Part shown: positions 1-9,791 of the stretch, piece after piece
How positions within the stretch are numbered: position 1 is the first letter of the stretch
Layout of the letters: each line of letters starts with the position of its first letter
Assembly (NCBI GenBank): GCA_009779255.1
Contig: WREQ01000004.1
Span: 1-53,768, forward strand
DNA: 53,768 nucleotides
Direction: 5' to 3'
Source: Dehalococcoidia bacterium
Lineage (GTDB): Bacteria > Chloroflexota > Dehalococcoidia > Dehalococcoidales > UBA1222
Notes under the pieces: model-generated
Databases searched by the model: none
The model's input: the letters and a program-made list of their open reading frames with translations, nothing else
Told to the model about the DNA's origin: nothing
Translations under genes and position numbers: made by a program

Positions 1-1
1 A

Positions 2-184
2 ACAAGTATTGGCTATGGAGCTTTTGCCTGCGGGGTCATCTTATACAACGACTTCGAAAAAGGTGTCGCGTGGAGGGACTATTACACTTGCCCCGACCTC
101 ACCATCATCTGCTTACCCAATTCATACGCACACTCGTATTGTTCGTGGAATAATATCTCTGTTATATTGGTTGTATCGCCGTAG
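2..184 (+). CDS. 3' end of a probable BspA-type leucine-rich-repeat surface protein (partial, runs off the window edge)
   Basis: Frame +2 is open from the edge to TAG at 182-184 and reads TSIGYGAFAC...LTIICLPNSYAHSYCSWNNISVILV. TSIGxxAF is the BspA/LRR_5 repeat signature, and LTIxC..NSYA..Y resembles the usual C-terminal cap. Not in the ORF track. Confidence 0.55.
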   Translation, partial: TSIGYGAFACGVILYNDFEKGVAWRDYYTCPDLTIICLPNSYAHSYCSWNNISVILVVSP

Positions 185-300
185 GCTCTGACATTTTCAA
201 CAAGACTTTTTAGATACATGTCCCGTTGACACGTCCAATGTGTATTGGGTTTATACACCAGCTTGAATTTTTTTCTTAAACAAGGCAAACTAGCAGAGAG

Positions 301-858
301 GTGATTATGGATAACGTCGCGCAGATACCCAAAAGAATCAGAGAACTGAGGGAGATTATGGAAATCTCCGCTTACGATATCGCCAGGGAAGTTGGCATTC
401 CCTTGGAGACCTACGAAAAATATGAAGCCGGAGAGCTGGACATCCCCATCAGCGCGCTGTATAAAATCGCCGGCCACCTTGAGGTGGACGCGACCATACT
501 GCTAACTGGTGACAGTCCGCGAATGGATACAGCAGCGGTCTGCCGGGCAGGCAAGGGTCTGGAGGTCGAGCGCTATCCCGGCTACGAATATCAATCGCTG
601 GCCTACAACTTCAAGTCCCGTAAAATTGAGCCGCTGATGGTCAGCCTTGACCCCGCCAAAGAGCCTGCGCTACCGGTGAGCCACAATGGTCAGGAATTCA
701 ATTATGTCACGGAAGGTCGTGTCAGGGTGACCGTGGGAAAACGAGAGTACATTCTTGATGCCGGAGACTCGATTTACTTTAACGCCGAGCTGCCGCACGC
801 CCAGTCGGCTGTTGAGGCACCGGCCAAATTCATTACCATCATACAGGAATTAGCATGA
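301..858 (+). CDS. XRE-family HTH / cupin transcriptional regulator
   Basis: N-terminal HTH (RIRELRE...YEKYEAGELDIPIS) plus C-terminal cupin (SHNGQEFNYVTEG...GDSIYFNAELPH). Overlaps the next start; the ATG at 307 is an alternative start. Confidence 0.9.
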   Translation: MIMDNVAQIPKRIRELREIMEISAYDIAREVGIPLETYEKYEAGELDIPISALYKIAGHLEVDATILLTGDSPRMDTAAVCRAGKGLEVERYPGYEYQSLAYNFKSRKIEPLMVSLDPAKEPALPVSHNGQEFNYVTEGRVRVTVGKREYILDAGDSIYFNAELPHAQSAVEAPAKFITIIQELA

Positions 859-2615
859 ACGAAATTCTTTCCAGATACTGCCCCAGAATTGACTTTGACA
901 GCTACGAGGATTTCTATGCAAATTATCGCTGCATCGTACCGGAGAACTTCAACTTCGCCTACGACGTAGTAGATGAATGGGCCAGAGTTCAGCCAGAAAA
1001 ACTGGCACTAGTCTGGACCGACGATACGGAGGCGATGAAATCCTTTACCTTCGCCGACATGAAACGCCTTTCGGACAAGGCCGCCAGCGCGCTCACCGGT
1101 CTCGGCATCAAAAAAGGCGACGTGGTGATGCTGATACTCAAACAGCGCCCGGAGGTCTGGGTGATTATGACGGCGCTGATGAAAATCGGGGCGGTGTGCC
1201 TGCCAGCCTCGTTCCAGCTTACGCGCAAGGATGTGGTCTACCGCTGCAATATGGCCGAAGTCAAAATGCTGATCACGGTTGACGATGCAGAACTGCTGGA
1301 AAGCATCGAGCAGGCTCTGCCGGACTGCACAACCATTGAGCATAAAGTCGTACTGGGCGAGGCGCGCCTCCCAGACTTTCTCGACCTGCGGGAGCTTATT
1401 GAAGCCGGCTCCGAAGATTTTGTGCGACCGACCGGCGCTGGCGCCACACGAAACGGCGATCCTATGCTGATTTATTTTTCTTCCGGCACCACTGGAATGC
1501 CCAAGATGGTGCTGCATAATTTCATTCTGCCACTGGGACATATCGTCACCGCCAAATACTGGCACGAAGTGGAAGACGATCGGGTACACATGACCCAAAC
1601 CGATTCCGGCTGGGCTAAATTCGCCTGGGGCAAAATCTATGGGCAGTGGATCTGCGGCGCCGCCATCGGTGTGTACGATACGGAAAAATTCACCCCACAA
1701 GGGATGCTGACGGCCATCCAGCGCATTCGCCCATACTCCTTCTGCGCGCCGGCCACGATTTACCGCTATCTCATCAAGGAAAATCTTTCCGGTTACGACT
1801 TCAGCTTCATTGCCCACAGCTCGGTAGCTGGCGAACCGCTCAGCCCTGAGGTTTTTCATCAACTGAAAGAGAAAACGGGAATGGAAATCCGCGAGGGCTT
1901 CGGACAGTCCGAAACCTCGGTGCTGGCCGCCGTTTTCAAATGGCTGCCGGTCAAGCCCGGCTCGATGGGAAAACCCAGCCCGCTCTTCGGCCTCAACATT
2001 CTCGATGATAACGACGTTCCCTGCGATGACGGTATAGTGGGTAACATCAGCATAACCGCCGCCGGCACCAATATGTACGAGATTGAACAGGAAACAACCG
2101 GAAGCGGCGTGCCGTTTCCCGGCGAAAACAGCAACCTGCCGGGGTTATTCAGAGGCTACTGGAAGGAGCCGGACGCCACGCAGAAAAGCTGGCACAGCGG
2201 CTGCTACCGCACCGGCGATATGGCTTGGCACGACGCCGACGGCTATTACTGGTTTGTCGGGCGCAACGACGACGTCATCAAATGCTCCGGATACCGCATC
2301 GGACCTTTTGAAGTGGAAAGCGCGCTTATGGAACACCCTTCGGTGCTGGAATGCGCAGTGACGGCAGCCTCCGACCCGGTACGCGGGCAGGTGGTCAAAG
2401 CCACTGTCGTACTATCCCGCGGATTTGAGGCATCGGACACCCTGAAAAAGGAACTGCAAAACCACGTCAAGCACGTTACTGCCCCGTACAAATATCCGCG
2501 GATTGTGGAATTCGTCACGGAGTTGCCAAAGACATCCAGCGGCAAGATACAGCGCAATGTCATCCGGCAGCGAGATGACGCCTCCATGCGCGGCGATACA
2601 TCGCGCCAGCCCTGA
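855..2615 (+). CDS. AMP-forming acyl-CoA synthetase (acetate/medium-chain CoA ligase family)
   Basis: AMP-binding motifs YFSSGTTGMPKMV, EGFGQSET, YRTGD, GRNDDVIKCSGYRIGPFEVE and LPKTSSGKI. XRE-cupin plus acyl-CoA synthetase is a common pairing. Confidence 0.92.
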   Translation: MNEILSRYCPRIDFDSYEDFYANYRCIVPENFNFAYDVVDEWARVQPEKLALVWTDDTEAMKSFTFADMKRLSDKAASALTGLGIKKGDVVMLILKQRPEVWVIMTALMKIGAVCLPASFQLTRKDVVYRCNMAEVKMLITVDDAELLESIEQALPDCTTIEHKVVLGEARLPDFLDLRELIEAGSEDFVRPTGAGATRNGDPMLIYFSSGTTGMPKMVLHNFILPLGHIVTAKYWHEVEDDRVHMTQTDSGWAKFAWGKIYGQWICGAAIGVYDTEKFTPQGMLTAIQRIRPYSFCAPATIYRYLIKENLSGYDFSFIAHSSVAGEPLSPEVFHQLKEKTGMEIREGFGQSETSVLAAVFKWLPVKPGSMGKPSPLFGLNILDDNDVPCDDGIVGNISITAAGTNMYEIEQETTGSGVPFPGENSNLPGLFRGYWKEPDATQKSWHSGCYRTGDMAWHDADGYYWFVGRNDDVIKCSGYRIGPFEVESALMEHPSVLECAVTAASDPVRGQVVKATVVLSRGFEASDTLKKELQNHVKHVTAPYKYPRIVEFVTELPKTSSGKIQRNVIRQRDDASMRGDTSRQP

Positions 2616-2997
2616 GGCAGCAACCACAATGCACAAGGCAACTGGCTAATACGCCTTCGGGACTGCGGCAAGTCGTTCTCAATTCATCCGCACAAGCACA
2701 GGTGGACGGCTTCGTGGTAGCTTGGGGCGTCGCGCTTGGATACGCCCCGCCATCGTGGTCTTTCGGCATGTTAACAGCCAACCGAACACTTAACGGCAGG
2801 CATTACCGCCAGACAGACACCGACGTCAACTCCGGTGGCCCGCTGCTAAACATAAAGGGAATGGCACCGGCATGGCGTGAGAGGCCTACGACTACGTAGG
2901 CCCGATGCAGAACATAGCATACTGCACACCGATAAACGAAATTATATCCATCCTGTCTTTGGAATTAGGGCAGGAATGGGAGAAATGATTGGAAAAA

Positions 2998-3070
2998 TGA
3001 GCCGCCTGGGGCTCGAACCCAGCACCTACTGATTAAAAGTCAGTTGCTCTACCGAATGAGCTAGCGGCCC
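2998..3070 (-). tRNA. tRNA-Lys (TTT), CCA not encoded
   Basis: Reverse complement GGGCCGCTAGCTCATTCGGTAGAGCAACTGACTTTTAATCAGTAGGTGCTGGGTTCGAGCCCCAGGCGGCTCA folds as a cloverleaf with anticodon TTT and a GTTCGA T-loop. Confidence 0.96.
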
Positions 3071-3216
3071 GCCAACACATTAGGATAGCAATAATTGCCG
3101 TAACGCGCAAGAATCCACGCTTGTCAACTTCACACATCTCTACACATCGGTTAACAGGTAAGGTACAGGTGGATGTATCGTCTGAAAACTGATTACCGAG
3201 AGATGCAGGTTGCACG

Positions 3217-3831
3217 CTATCCGTTCATCTCCCTGCCCAGCATGTAGTAAATCGCCTCGCGGCGGCTGGTGACGCCAATCTTGGAATAGATACTGTTGAT
3301 GTGATTTTTGACCGTTTTCTCTTCGATGGCGAATGAAGCGGCGATTTCACGATTATCCATGCCAGCGGCAATCAGCTTCAGGATTTCACTCTCGCGCCTG
3401 GTCAACTGCCACGAGGAAACATCCGGAGAGTCAGGCGTCTGGGGTAGCGGTGGAATGCCTACACGCTCCCCCTGTGCCACGGCGCGCACCGCCATCAACA
3501 GCTCCCCAACGCTGAAATGTCCGTAAACCAGATACCCCGCGGCACCGGCCAACATGGCCTGCATATGCACAGCGGGATCTTCGCTTACGGTAGCCATCAG
3601 TATCCGGATTCCGGGGATAATTCGCGCGATTTCGGCAGTAGCGGCAATCCCGTCGACGTCCGGCATACGCACATCCATCAGCACCACGTCGGCGGGGGTT
3701 CTTATCAATTTTTCGATGGCTTCCCGCCCACTGGCGGCCTCGCCGGCAACGACGATATCCGGCTCCGATTCGAAAACGCCGCGCAATCCGCGCCGCGCCA
3801 CGAAATTGTCGTCCACGATAAAGATTCTCAT
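3217..3831 (-). CDS. NarL/LuxR-family response regulator
   Basis: Receiver domain (IVDD, VLMDVRMPDVDG) plus LuxR HTH (LTRRESEILKLIAAGMDNREIA...TVKNHINSIYSKIG). Confidence 0.93.
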   Translation of the reverse strand: MRIFIVDDNFVARRGLRGVFESEPDIVVAGEAASGREAIEKLIRTPADVVLMDVRMPDVDGIAATAEIARIIPGIRILMATVSEDPAVHMQAMLAGAAGYLVYGHFSVGELLMAVRAVAQGERVGIPPLPQTPDSPDVSSWQLTRRESEILKLIAAGMDNREIAASFAIEEKTVKNHINSIYSKIGVTSRREAIYYMLGREMNG

Positions 3832-5036
3832 GCCGCCCCCTCGGACAGCGGGATGCTGGCAGAAACCGTAGTGCCCTCAGGGCGGCTGTCGATAGCAAAA
3901 GCGCCACACACCGCATCCACCCGCTCTTTCATGGACACCAGCCCCAAACGTCCCGCGCTGACAAAACGGTCGAGGCCGCCGGAAGCGTCAAAGCCATGGC
4001 CATCGTCAGCCACCTCAAGCTTCAAATAACCGTCGTGAACACCGAGGCGGACACTGACACCCGTGGCTCCAGAATGGTTCGCCACGTTGGACAACGCTTC
4101 GCCGGCAACTCGGCGCAGATTATGGGCGCGCTTTACAGGCAAATCGGGAATATCGCCGTAAACGCTGAGTTCCGCGCTGATGCCGGAAGCCCGACTCCAG
4201 CCATCCACAATGGTTTTCAACCCAACGGCAAAGTCGTGAACGCTGTCCGCATCATCACGCATCTCCAGCGCTACGCCGCGAATCTCTTCGCTCATCTCGC
4301 GACAAACGCCGGCGATATAGCGCGCCTGTTCCGTCACCTTCAAGCTATCCTGCGCGGAGCGCTCCATTGCGTGGGCTTCGAATGCCAGCCCCTGCAAACT
4401 TTTGAGCACGGTGTCATGCAGTTCGCTGGCAATACGGCGGCGCTCTGTCTCGCGCGTACTTTCAGCAGCCAACGCCTCAGCATAGAAACGCTGTTTGCGC
4501 CCTTCGCGCACCGCCATGCCAACCATGATAGCCTCAAGCACAATCAGCCCAACCCAAAAAACATATGATGAAAGATCAAAGTCCATGCCCAACACTAGCA
4601 CGCGGTATCCCCAGGCAACAGATAGCCCCACCACAAAAAATGCTCCGGTCAGAAGACTTCCGACAAGGCTGAAGCGCACCGCCCCTTCAATTACTATCAG
4701 GGTGAAAACAGCATACACCAGCGCCACCGGCTCATCTATAAACAGCAGCATCAATCCCCACAGCGAAAGGCCGTCCACGGCAAAAGCCGCCAGACTGAGC
4801 GCCCGCTGTGCCTGAAGTGTAGATAGCCGACGGTACAGAAAGGCCACCGCCAGGTTGGTGACGCCCAGCACACCCGCCAACACGATAATCACCGTTATTG
4901 GCAACTCCGGATATACCAGTGCCATCAGGCCAATGGCGGCCATATACAGCCAACGATGATAGATAAAAATGCGCTCTATACGCCGCATTTCGCGCTGGCG
5001 CATGGCAACGCGCTGTGAAAGATTCTGGTTGCTCAC
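3828..5036 (-). CDS. Membrane-bound HisKA_3 (NarX/DesK-type) sensor histidine kinase
   Basis: About 6 hydrophobic helices, H-box ERRRIASELHDTV, N-box EALSNVANHS, G-boxes DDGHGF and GLVSMKERV. Overlaps the response regulator by 4 bp. Confidence 0.92.
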   Translation of the reverse strand: MSNQNLSQRVAMRQREMRRIERIFIYHRWLYMAAIGLMALVYPELPITVIIVLAGVLGVTNLAVAFLYRRLSTLQAQRALSLAAFAVDGLSLWGLMLLFIDEPVALVYAVFTLIVIEGAVRFSLVGSLLTGAFFVVGLSVAWGYRVLVLGMDFDLSSYVFWVGLIVLEAIMVGMAVREGRKQRFYAEALAAESTRETERRRIASELHDTVLKSLQGLAFEAHAMERSAQDSLKVTEQARYIAGVCREMSEEIRGVALEMRDDADSVHDFAVGLKTIVDGWSRASGISAELSVYGDIPDLPVKRAHNLRRVAGEALSNVANHSGATGVSVRLGVHDGYLKLEVADDGHGFDASGGLDRFVSAGRLGLVSMKERVDAVCGAFAIDSRPEGTTVSASIPLSEGAA

Positions 5037-5059
5037 GCCGTTAAAGATAATTCTCTTTC

Positions 5060-5329
5060 CTACTTTGAGTAGACGCCTTTTCGGTGCCCGACCTGAAGAG
5101 CCAAAACAATCAGCACATTATCCTGTATTTCAATAAGCACCCGATAACTGCCAATCCTGTATCGCCACTTTCCTTTATGGTCGACGGACAACGGAGATCC
5201 GAAAACACGCGGATTATCACAGCCTTCAATATTTTTCAAAAGCCAGGCAACAATAATTCTGCTCTGTCCCCCGTCGAGCTTGGAGAGCTGTTTTTCAGCC
5301 TTCGCGGCATACCTCAGGCTCCACTTCAT
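5060..5329 (-). CDS. RelE/StbE-family type II toxin
   Basis: 89 aa, basic: AEKQLSKLD...NPRVFGSPL...WRYRIGSYRVL...VGHRKGVY. Confidence 0.9.
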   Translation of the reverse strand: MKWSLRYAAKAEKQLSKLDGGQSRIIVAWLLKNIEGCDNPRVFGSPLSVDHKGKWRYRIGSYRVLIEIQDNVLIVLALQVGHRKGVYSK

Positions 5330-5550
5330 AAATACTTCTCAGCTACCTCAGATGAGGAATAGCTGATCGGGTTCCTGTCGTATTCACGCTTTGCTGCGTC
5401 CCAGGCCTTCATGTCAAGCTCGTCTTCAATGCGTTCCAAGGCCGATTCCCGCATGAAATCCGATACGGACTGTCCGAAGGCCTTTGCGTAGGCACTGATG
5501 AGGTCTTTGTCATCAGCGTTGAGCCTGATTGTCATTGTCGTACTCGCCAT
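5326..5550 (-). CDS. RelB-type ribbon-helix-helix antitoxin (DUF6290-like)
   Basis: MASTTMTIRLN...SVSDFMRESALERIEDELD with an acidic C-terminus. Overlaps the toxin start; GGAGA precedes the ATG at 5550. Confidence 0.85.
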   Translation of the reverse strand: MASTTMTIRLNADDKDLISAYAKAFGQSVSDFMRESALERIEDELDMKAWDAAKREYDRNPISYSSSEVAEKYL

Positions 5551-5753
5551 ATCATCTCCAAGCATTTTTTCAGCGTAAGACATTGTAGCACATTCTTGTT
5601 TCAGTCAAAAACACCTGGTACGTCACCTGTATCGTTTTCCATGGCTGCTTCATCTCGAAATCATTGATTCCGGCACTCCCGAAAATATCCTTCATCACGC
5701 CGCAATTCTACACCAAAACAGCCGGTGAGCGTCAGTTTTGAATTATGAGTTGC

Positions 5754-6060
5754 GGATAAAGGCCATGGCTTTCTTGGCAGATAAAGGTTATGACGTAAAT
5801 AAGTTGTTTCAACTTGCAAAATCAATGGAAATGGAAATCGTGATTCCGCCCAAAAGAAACCATGTGGAGCAAAGAGAGTATGACAAAGATTTATACAAGC
5901 TGCGTCATTTGATTGAAAATGCATTCCTTATGCTCAAACGATGGAGAGGTATTGCTACACGATATGCCAAGAACACGACTTCGTTCATTGCCGCTGTGCA
6001 AATTCAGTGTATTGCACTGTGGTTGAAGATATTGGCTTAATATCATGTCCACACTATCTA
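5754..6060 (+). mobile_element. Truncated IS5-family element: 3' part of the transposase plus right inverted repeat
   Basis: Closely similar to the 3' end of the full element at 27803-28659. Encodes LADKGYD...YKLRHLIENAFLMLKRWRGIATRYAK and ends TGTCCACACTATC-TA. Confidence 0.9.
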
Positions 6061-6084
6061 GTTATTTTGCTGTTTTTGAAAAAT

Positions 6085-6159
6085 TGGAGCGGGTGATGGG
6101 ATTCGAACCCACGACTTTCTGCTTGGGAAGCAGACATTCTACCGCTGAATTACACCCGC
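6085..6159 (-). tRNA. tRNA-Gly (CCC)
   Basis: Reverse complement GCGGGTGTAATTCAGCGGTAGAATGTCTGCTTCCCAAGCAGAAAGTCGTGGGTTCGAATCCCATCACCCGCTCCA; cloverleaf, CCA encoded. Confidence 0.96.
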
Positions 6160-6507
6160 GCATCCACAATTCTAAAGCAAAGACGGCAGGCTGTAAAGTA
6201 CCAGTATTTGTTCATGTGATTAGTGGCATTTGGTATGGAAGCGGGCAGCAATTGGTTTTTAGTCTTCAGTTTTCGCCCACTTTTCCCAAAAGGTGCTACA
6301 GGAAAATTTTTCCCAGACAATCCAGCTAAAAAACCCTCTGCTTGCCTGTGGGCAAGGTCTCTCTTTCTGCAAAAAGGAGCGGAGACAGGTCTTTACAGGG
6401 GGGTGTCACCGCTCTGGATTGTCTAACTCAGCGTAAACAGCCCACCGAATAAAGCTTCTATTACCGGTAATACAGCGCTATCGGTTTATGGTATAATTAC
6501 GCCTGTT

Positions 6508-7491
6508 ATGACCCGCAGCCTGCTGGATACATATCATCGTCAGATAGACTACATGCGCATATCGGTCACCGACCTGTGCAACCTGCGCTGCGTTTATTGC
6601 AGCTCTTCAGAGTTTGAACACCTCTCCCACGAAGACATCCTGCGCTACGAAGAAATTGAGCGCGTGGTGCGCTCTGCGGCGGCACTCGGCATAAGTAATA
6701 TCCGACTCACCGGTGGCGAGCCTACGGTTAGACCCGGCGTGACCGATTTGATACGTATACTCAAGGCTGTGCCCGGCATTGAGGAAATTTCGATGACCAC
6801 CAACGCCATCCGCCTGACGCAGATGGCAAAAGAATTAAAGGAAGCCGGACTGTCCCGGGTGAATATCTCTCTCGACACCTTTAAGCCGGAGCGTTTTGAA
6901 CGGATGTGCGGCGTGCCGGCGCTACCGGACGTGCTGGCAGGCATTGAGGCGGCCAGACAGGCCGGCCTCAATCCGGTCAAGACCAACACCGTAGTCCTAC
7001 GCGGGATCAATGAGGACGAAATCAACGATTTCGCCCGCAGGACGCTCACCGACAACTGGCACGTGCGCTTCATAGAGGAAATGCCACTGGTTAAGGACGA
7101 TGACGGACACAAAATGGTATCCATCAGCGAAATCAAAGAGCGCATTGAGCGCGAATTCGGCGAACTGCTTCCCAGCAGGACCGCCAACGGACACGGCCCT
7201 GCCCGCTATTTCAGGATAGCTGGCGCGGAAGGCACCATCGGTTTCATCGCGCCGGTAACCGATTGCTTTTGCAAAGAATGCAACCGCTTCCGACTGACCG
7301 CCGACGGCAAGCTACGCCCGTGCCTGCTGCGCGACGATGAAGTAGACCTAAAGCCGGCGCTGCGCGGCGGAGCCAGCGACAGCGAACTGCAAAAACTGCT
7401 GCTGGACACCGCTACCCTCAAATACGAGCGACATCAACTGGCGGAGAGCATCGCGCCAAGCGGCCGCAACATGAGACAGATCGGGGGATAG
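6508..7491 (+). CDS. moaA: GTP 3',8-cyclase (radical SAM)
   Basis: YMRISVTDLCNLRCVYC, RLTGGEP, C-terminal FCKECNRFRLTADGKLRPCL and terminal IGG. Confidence 0.96.
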   Translation: MTRSLLDTYHRQIDYMRISVTDLCNLRCVYCSSSEFEHLSHEDILRYEEIERVVRSAAALGISNIRLTGGEPTVRPGVTDLIRILKAVPGIEEISMTTNAIRLTQMAKELKEAGLSRVNISLDTFKPERFERMCGVPALPDVLAGIEAARQAGLNPVKTNTVVLRGINEDEINDFARRTLTDNWHVRFIEEMPLVKDDDGHKMVSISEIKERIEREFGELLPSRTANGHGPARYFRIAGAEGTIGFIAPVTDCFCKECNRFRLTADGKLRPCLLRDDEVDLKPALRGGASDSELQKLLLDTATLKYERHQLAESIAPSGRNMRQIGG

Positions 7492-7587
7492 CTGTGGGTT
7501 ACCAGTTATCAGTTTTTAAATCTGCACACCACGACTGCGAAAATTCCTCACGGCTCACTCTTGCCAATGGAAAGAGGAGAAATTAAA

Positions 7588-8076
7588 ATGGCAGATCTGA
7601 CTCACGTCAATGCCGCCGGCGAAGCTCACATGGTCAATGTGGGAGGTAAGCCCGACACCGAGCGCATAGCTGTTGCCTCCGGCGGGGTGCGCATGCGAAC
7701 GGAAACATTGCTTAAAATCAAACAGAATCAGCTTAAGAAGGGTGACGTGTTGGCCGTGGCGCGCATCGCGGGCATCATGGCCGCCAAAAAAACCCCAGAA
7801 CTGATACCATTGTGCCACACGCTACTGATTACCGGAGTGGCAGTGGATTTCGAATACAGCGAAGATGATTATGTCAAAGTAACCGCAACCGCCAAATGCA
7901 CCGGCATGACCGGCGTGGAAATGGAGGCGCTAACAGCGGTCGCTGCCGCCTGCCTCACCATTTACGACATGTGCAAGGCCGTAGACCGCAGCATGACCAT
8001 AGAATCCATCAGACTGGAACACAAGAGCGGCGGCAAAAGCGGCACATACAATAGGGGAAAGGAAGGCAATGGCTAA
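7588..8076 (+). CDS. moaC: Cyclic pyranopterin monophosphate synthase
   Basis: [57 protein letters not shown]. Start set at ATG 7588 after GAGGAG. Confidence 0.96.
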   Translation: MADLTHVNAAGEAHMVNVGGKPDTERIAVASGGVRMRTETLLKIKQNQLKKGDVLAVARIAGIMAAKKTPELIPLCHTLLITGVAVDFEYSEDDYVKVTATAKCTGMTGVEMEALTAVAAACLTIYDMCKAVDRSMTIESIRLEHKSGGKSGTYNRGKEGNG

Positions 8077-8509
8077 AATCGTAGCGGTTTGCACAAGCGA
8101 AAAAGCGGGAGAGAAAAAGCATGACATCGGCTGCGGCCTGCTGAAAGAGGACTTCGGGCTGGAAGGCGACGCCCACTCCAAGGCGGGCTGGCATCGCCAG
8201 CTGTCACTACTTTCGACGTCCAGCATCGAGAAAATGCGCAAACTGGGCATCGAGGTAGGACCAGGCGATTTCGCGGAGAACCTTACCGTGGATGGACCGG
8301 AGTTGGTGCTTTACGAGCTGCCCATCGGGCAGCGCATCAAAGTAGGAAGCGACATCCTGCTGGAAGTCACACAAATCGGCAAAGAATGTCACTCACACTG
8401 CGAGATTTTCAAACAGGTCGGCAAGTGCGTCATGCCTCACGAGGGTATTTTCACTCGCGTCATCAAAGGCGGAGAGGTAAAGACCGGCGATGATGTAGTA
8501 TTGGTCTAG
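8069..8509 (+). CDS. Stand-alone MOSC-domain protein
   Basis: [49 protein letters not shown]. Overlaps moaC. Confidence 0.88.
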   Translation: MAKIVAVCTSEKAGEKKHDIGCGLLKEDFGLEGDAHSKAGWHRQLSLLSTSSIEKMRKLGIEVGPGDFAENLTVDGPELVLYELPIGQRIKVGSDILLEVTQIGKECHSHCEIFKQVGKCVMPHEGIFTRVIKGGEVKTGDDVVLV

Positions 8510-8597
8510 AACAGAACCTTTCCAGTTTGATTGTCTGGTTCACCTGTACAAAGTTTTATAATCTTCCCACGATTGGCGATGCAAGAAACGCTCCAGC

Positions 8598-9791
8598 CTA
8601 AAACAGGATAACGCGCACGGCGGAGCCGGCAGGCAGATCGGCATCCGCCGGAATGACGGTGTAGCCTTCTGCGCGCGCCATGCTGGTGATGGCGCCGGCG
8701 TTTTTGAACACATTGAAGACCTGGCCGGCTTCCAGCCGCACCGGCAGAAACAACGGCCTTCCGGGAACGCCTTTCAAATCCTCCCCAGTCACCGCAGAGA
8801 CCTCGTGCGATTTGGCTTCCGGCAGGCGTGCCATACGGCGCACAGCGGGCGCCAGCAGCAAATAGGCATTCATCAGACAAGAAGTGGGATACCCAGGCAT
8901 ACCAAGAACAGGTTTGCCGTTTACCACAGCAAAAGCCGATGGTTTGCCAGGTTTAAGCCGCACTCCGTGAAACTTTACCTCACCCATCTCTTCCAGTAGT
9001 TCAGGCATGTAATCCTTTTCCCCAACCGATGAGCCGCCGGATGTCACCACCATGTCGGCGGACGCCAGCGCCTGCTCCAACGCGGCCTTGAGCCCGTCCC
9101 TATCATCGGCAGCTATCGCCAGCAGGCGCGGAATGCCCCCGTTCTGCACTATGACAGCCGCCAGCGTGTGAGAGTTGATATCGTATACCTGGGCGTCGTT
9201 CAGCTTCCCACCAGGAGCAACAATTTCCGAACCGGTCGTGAGGATAGCCACCACCGGAGAGGCAAATACCTTTACCTCCCCAAACCCCTGCGCAGCCAGC
9301 ACGCCAATGCGCGCAGGAGCAAGCAGAGTACCGGATTTCAACACAACCTCACCAGCCACGATGTCCGATCCCCTGAGCAGAATGTTAGAGCCTTTCGACC
9401 AGCCATGGGTGATATTGACGCTATCGCCGATACGGCTGGTATCCTCAACCATCACTACGGTATCGGCGCCCTGCGGCAGACGCGCACCAGTTGTTATGTA
9501 AACAGCCTGCCCCGCCATAAGCGGTTTTTTCGCCACACTGCCGGCGTATAACTCACCCGTCACCTCCAGAGTTGCCGGAACAGAGGCTATATCGGCAGCC
9601 TGCACGGCGTAGCCATCCATGGAGGCACGGTCGAATGGGGGCGTTGAATCAGCGGCGACAATATCCTCGGCCAAAACGCGCCCGGGCGCCATGTCAAGCG
9701 GCACGGCCTCGACACGCTCCACGAAGTTCATCGCGCTCTGCACCGCGGTAAGCGCCTGGTCAAACTCCACCAGCTTTGCAAGTGGCTTCAT
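8598..9791 (-). CDS. moeA: Molybdopterin molybdenumtransferase
   Basis: PPFDRASMDGYAV, ITTGARLP.GADTVVMVE, SGGSSVGEKD, KPGKP, GMPGYPTS. Start moved to ATG 9791, which gives an ATGA overlap with moaB. Confidence 0.95.
   Translation of the reverse strand: MKPLAKLVEFDQALTAVQSAMNFVERVEAVPLDMAPGRVLAEDIVAADSTPPFDRASMDGYAVQAADIASVPATLEVTGELYAGSVAKKPLMAGQAVYITTGARLPQGADTVVMVEDTSRIGDSVNITHGWSKGSNILLRGSDIVAGEVVLKSGTLLAPARIGVLAAQGFGEVKVFASPVVAILTTGSEIVAPGGKLNDAQVYDINSHTLAAVIVQNGGIPRLLAIAADDRDGLKAALEQALASADMVVTSGGSSVGEKDYMPELLEEMGEVKFHGVRLKPGKPSAFAVVNGKPVLGMPGYPTSCLMNAYLLLAPAVRRMARLPEAKSHEVSAVTGEDLKGVPGRPLFLPVRLEAGQVFNVFKNAGAITSMARAEGYTVIPADADLPAGSAVRVILF

Noticed and set aside
2616-2990. ncRNA or gene after the acyl-CoA synthetase, including the hairpin GGCCTACG-ACTA-CGTAGGCC (2883-2902)
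   Set aside because: No RNase P, tmRNA, SRP or intron domain V signature was recognised. An 8-bp hairpin alone is unremarkable and the short ORFs lack recognisable motifs.
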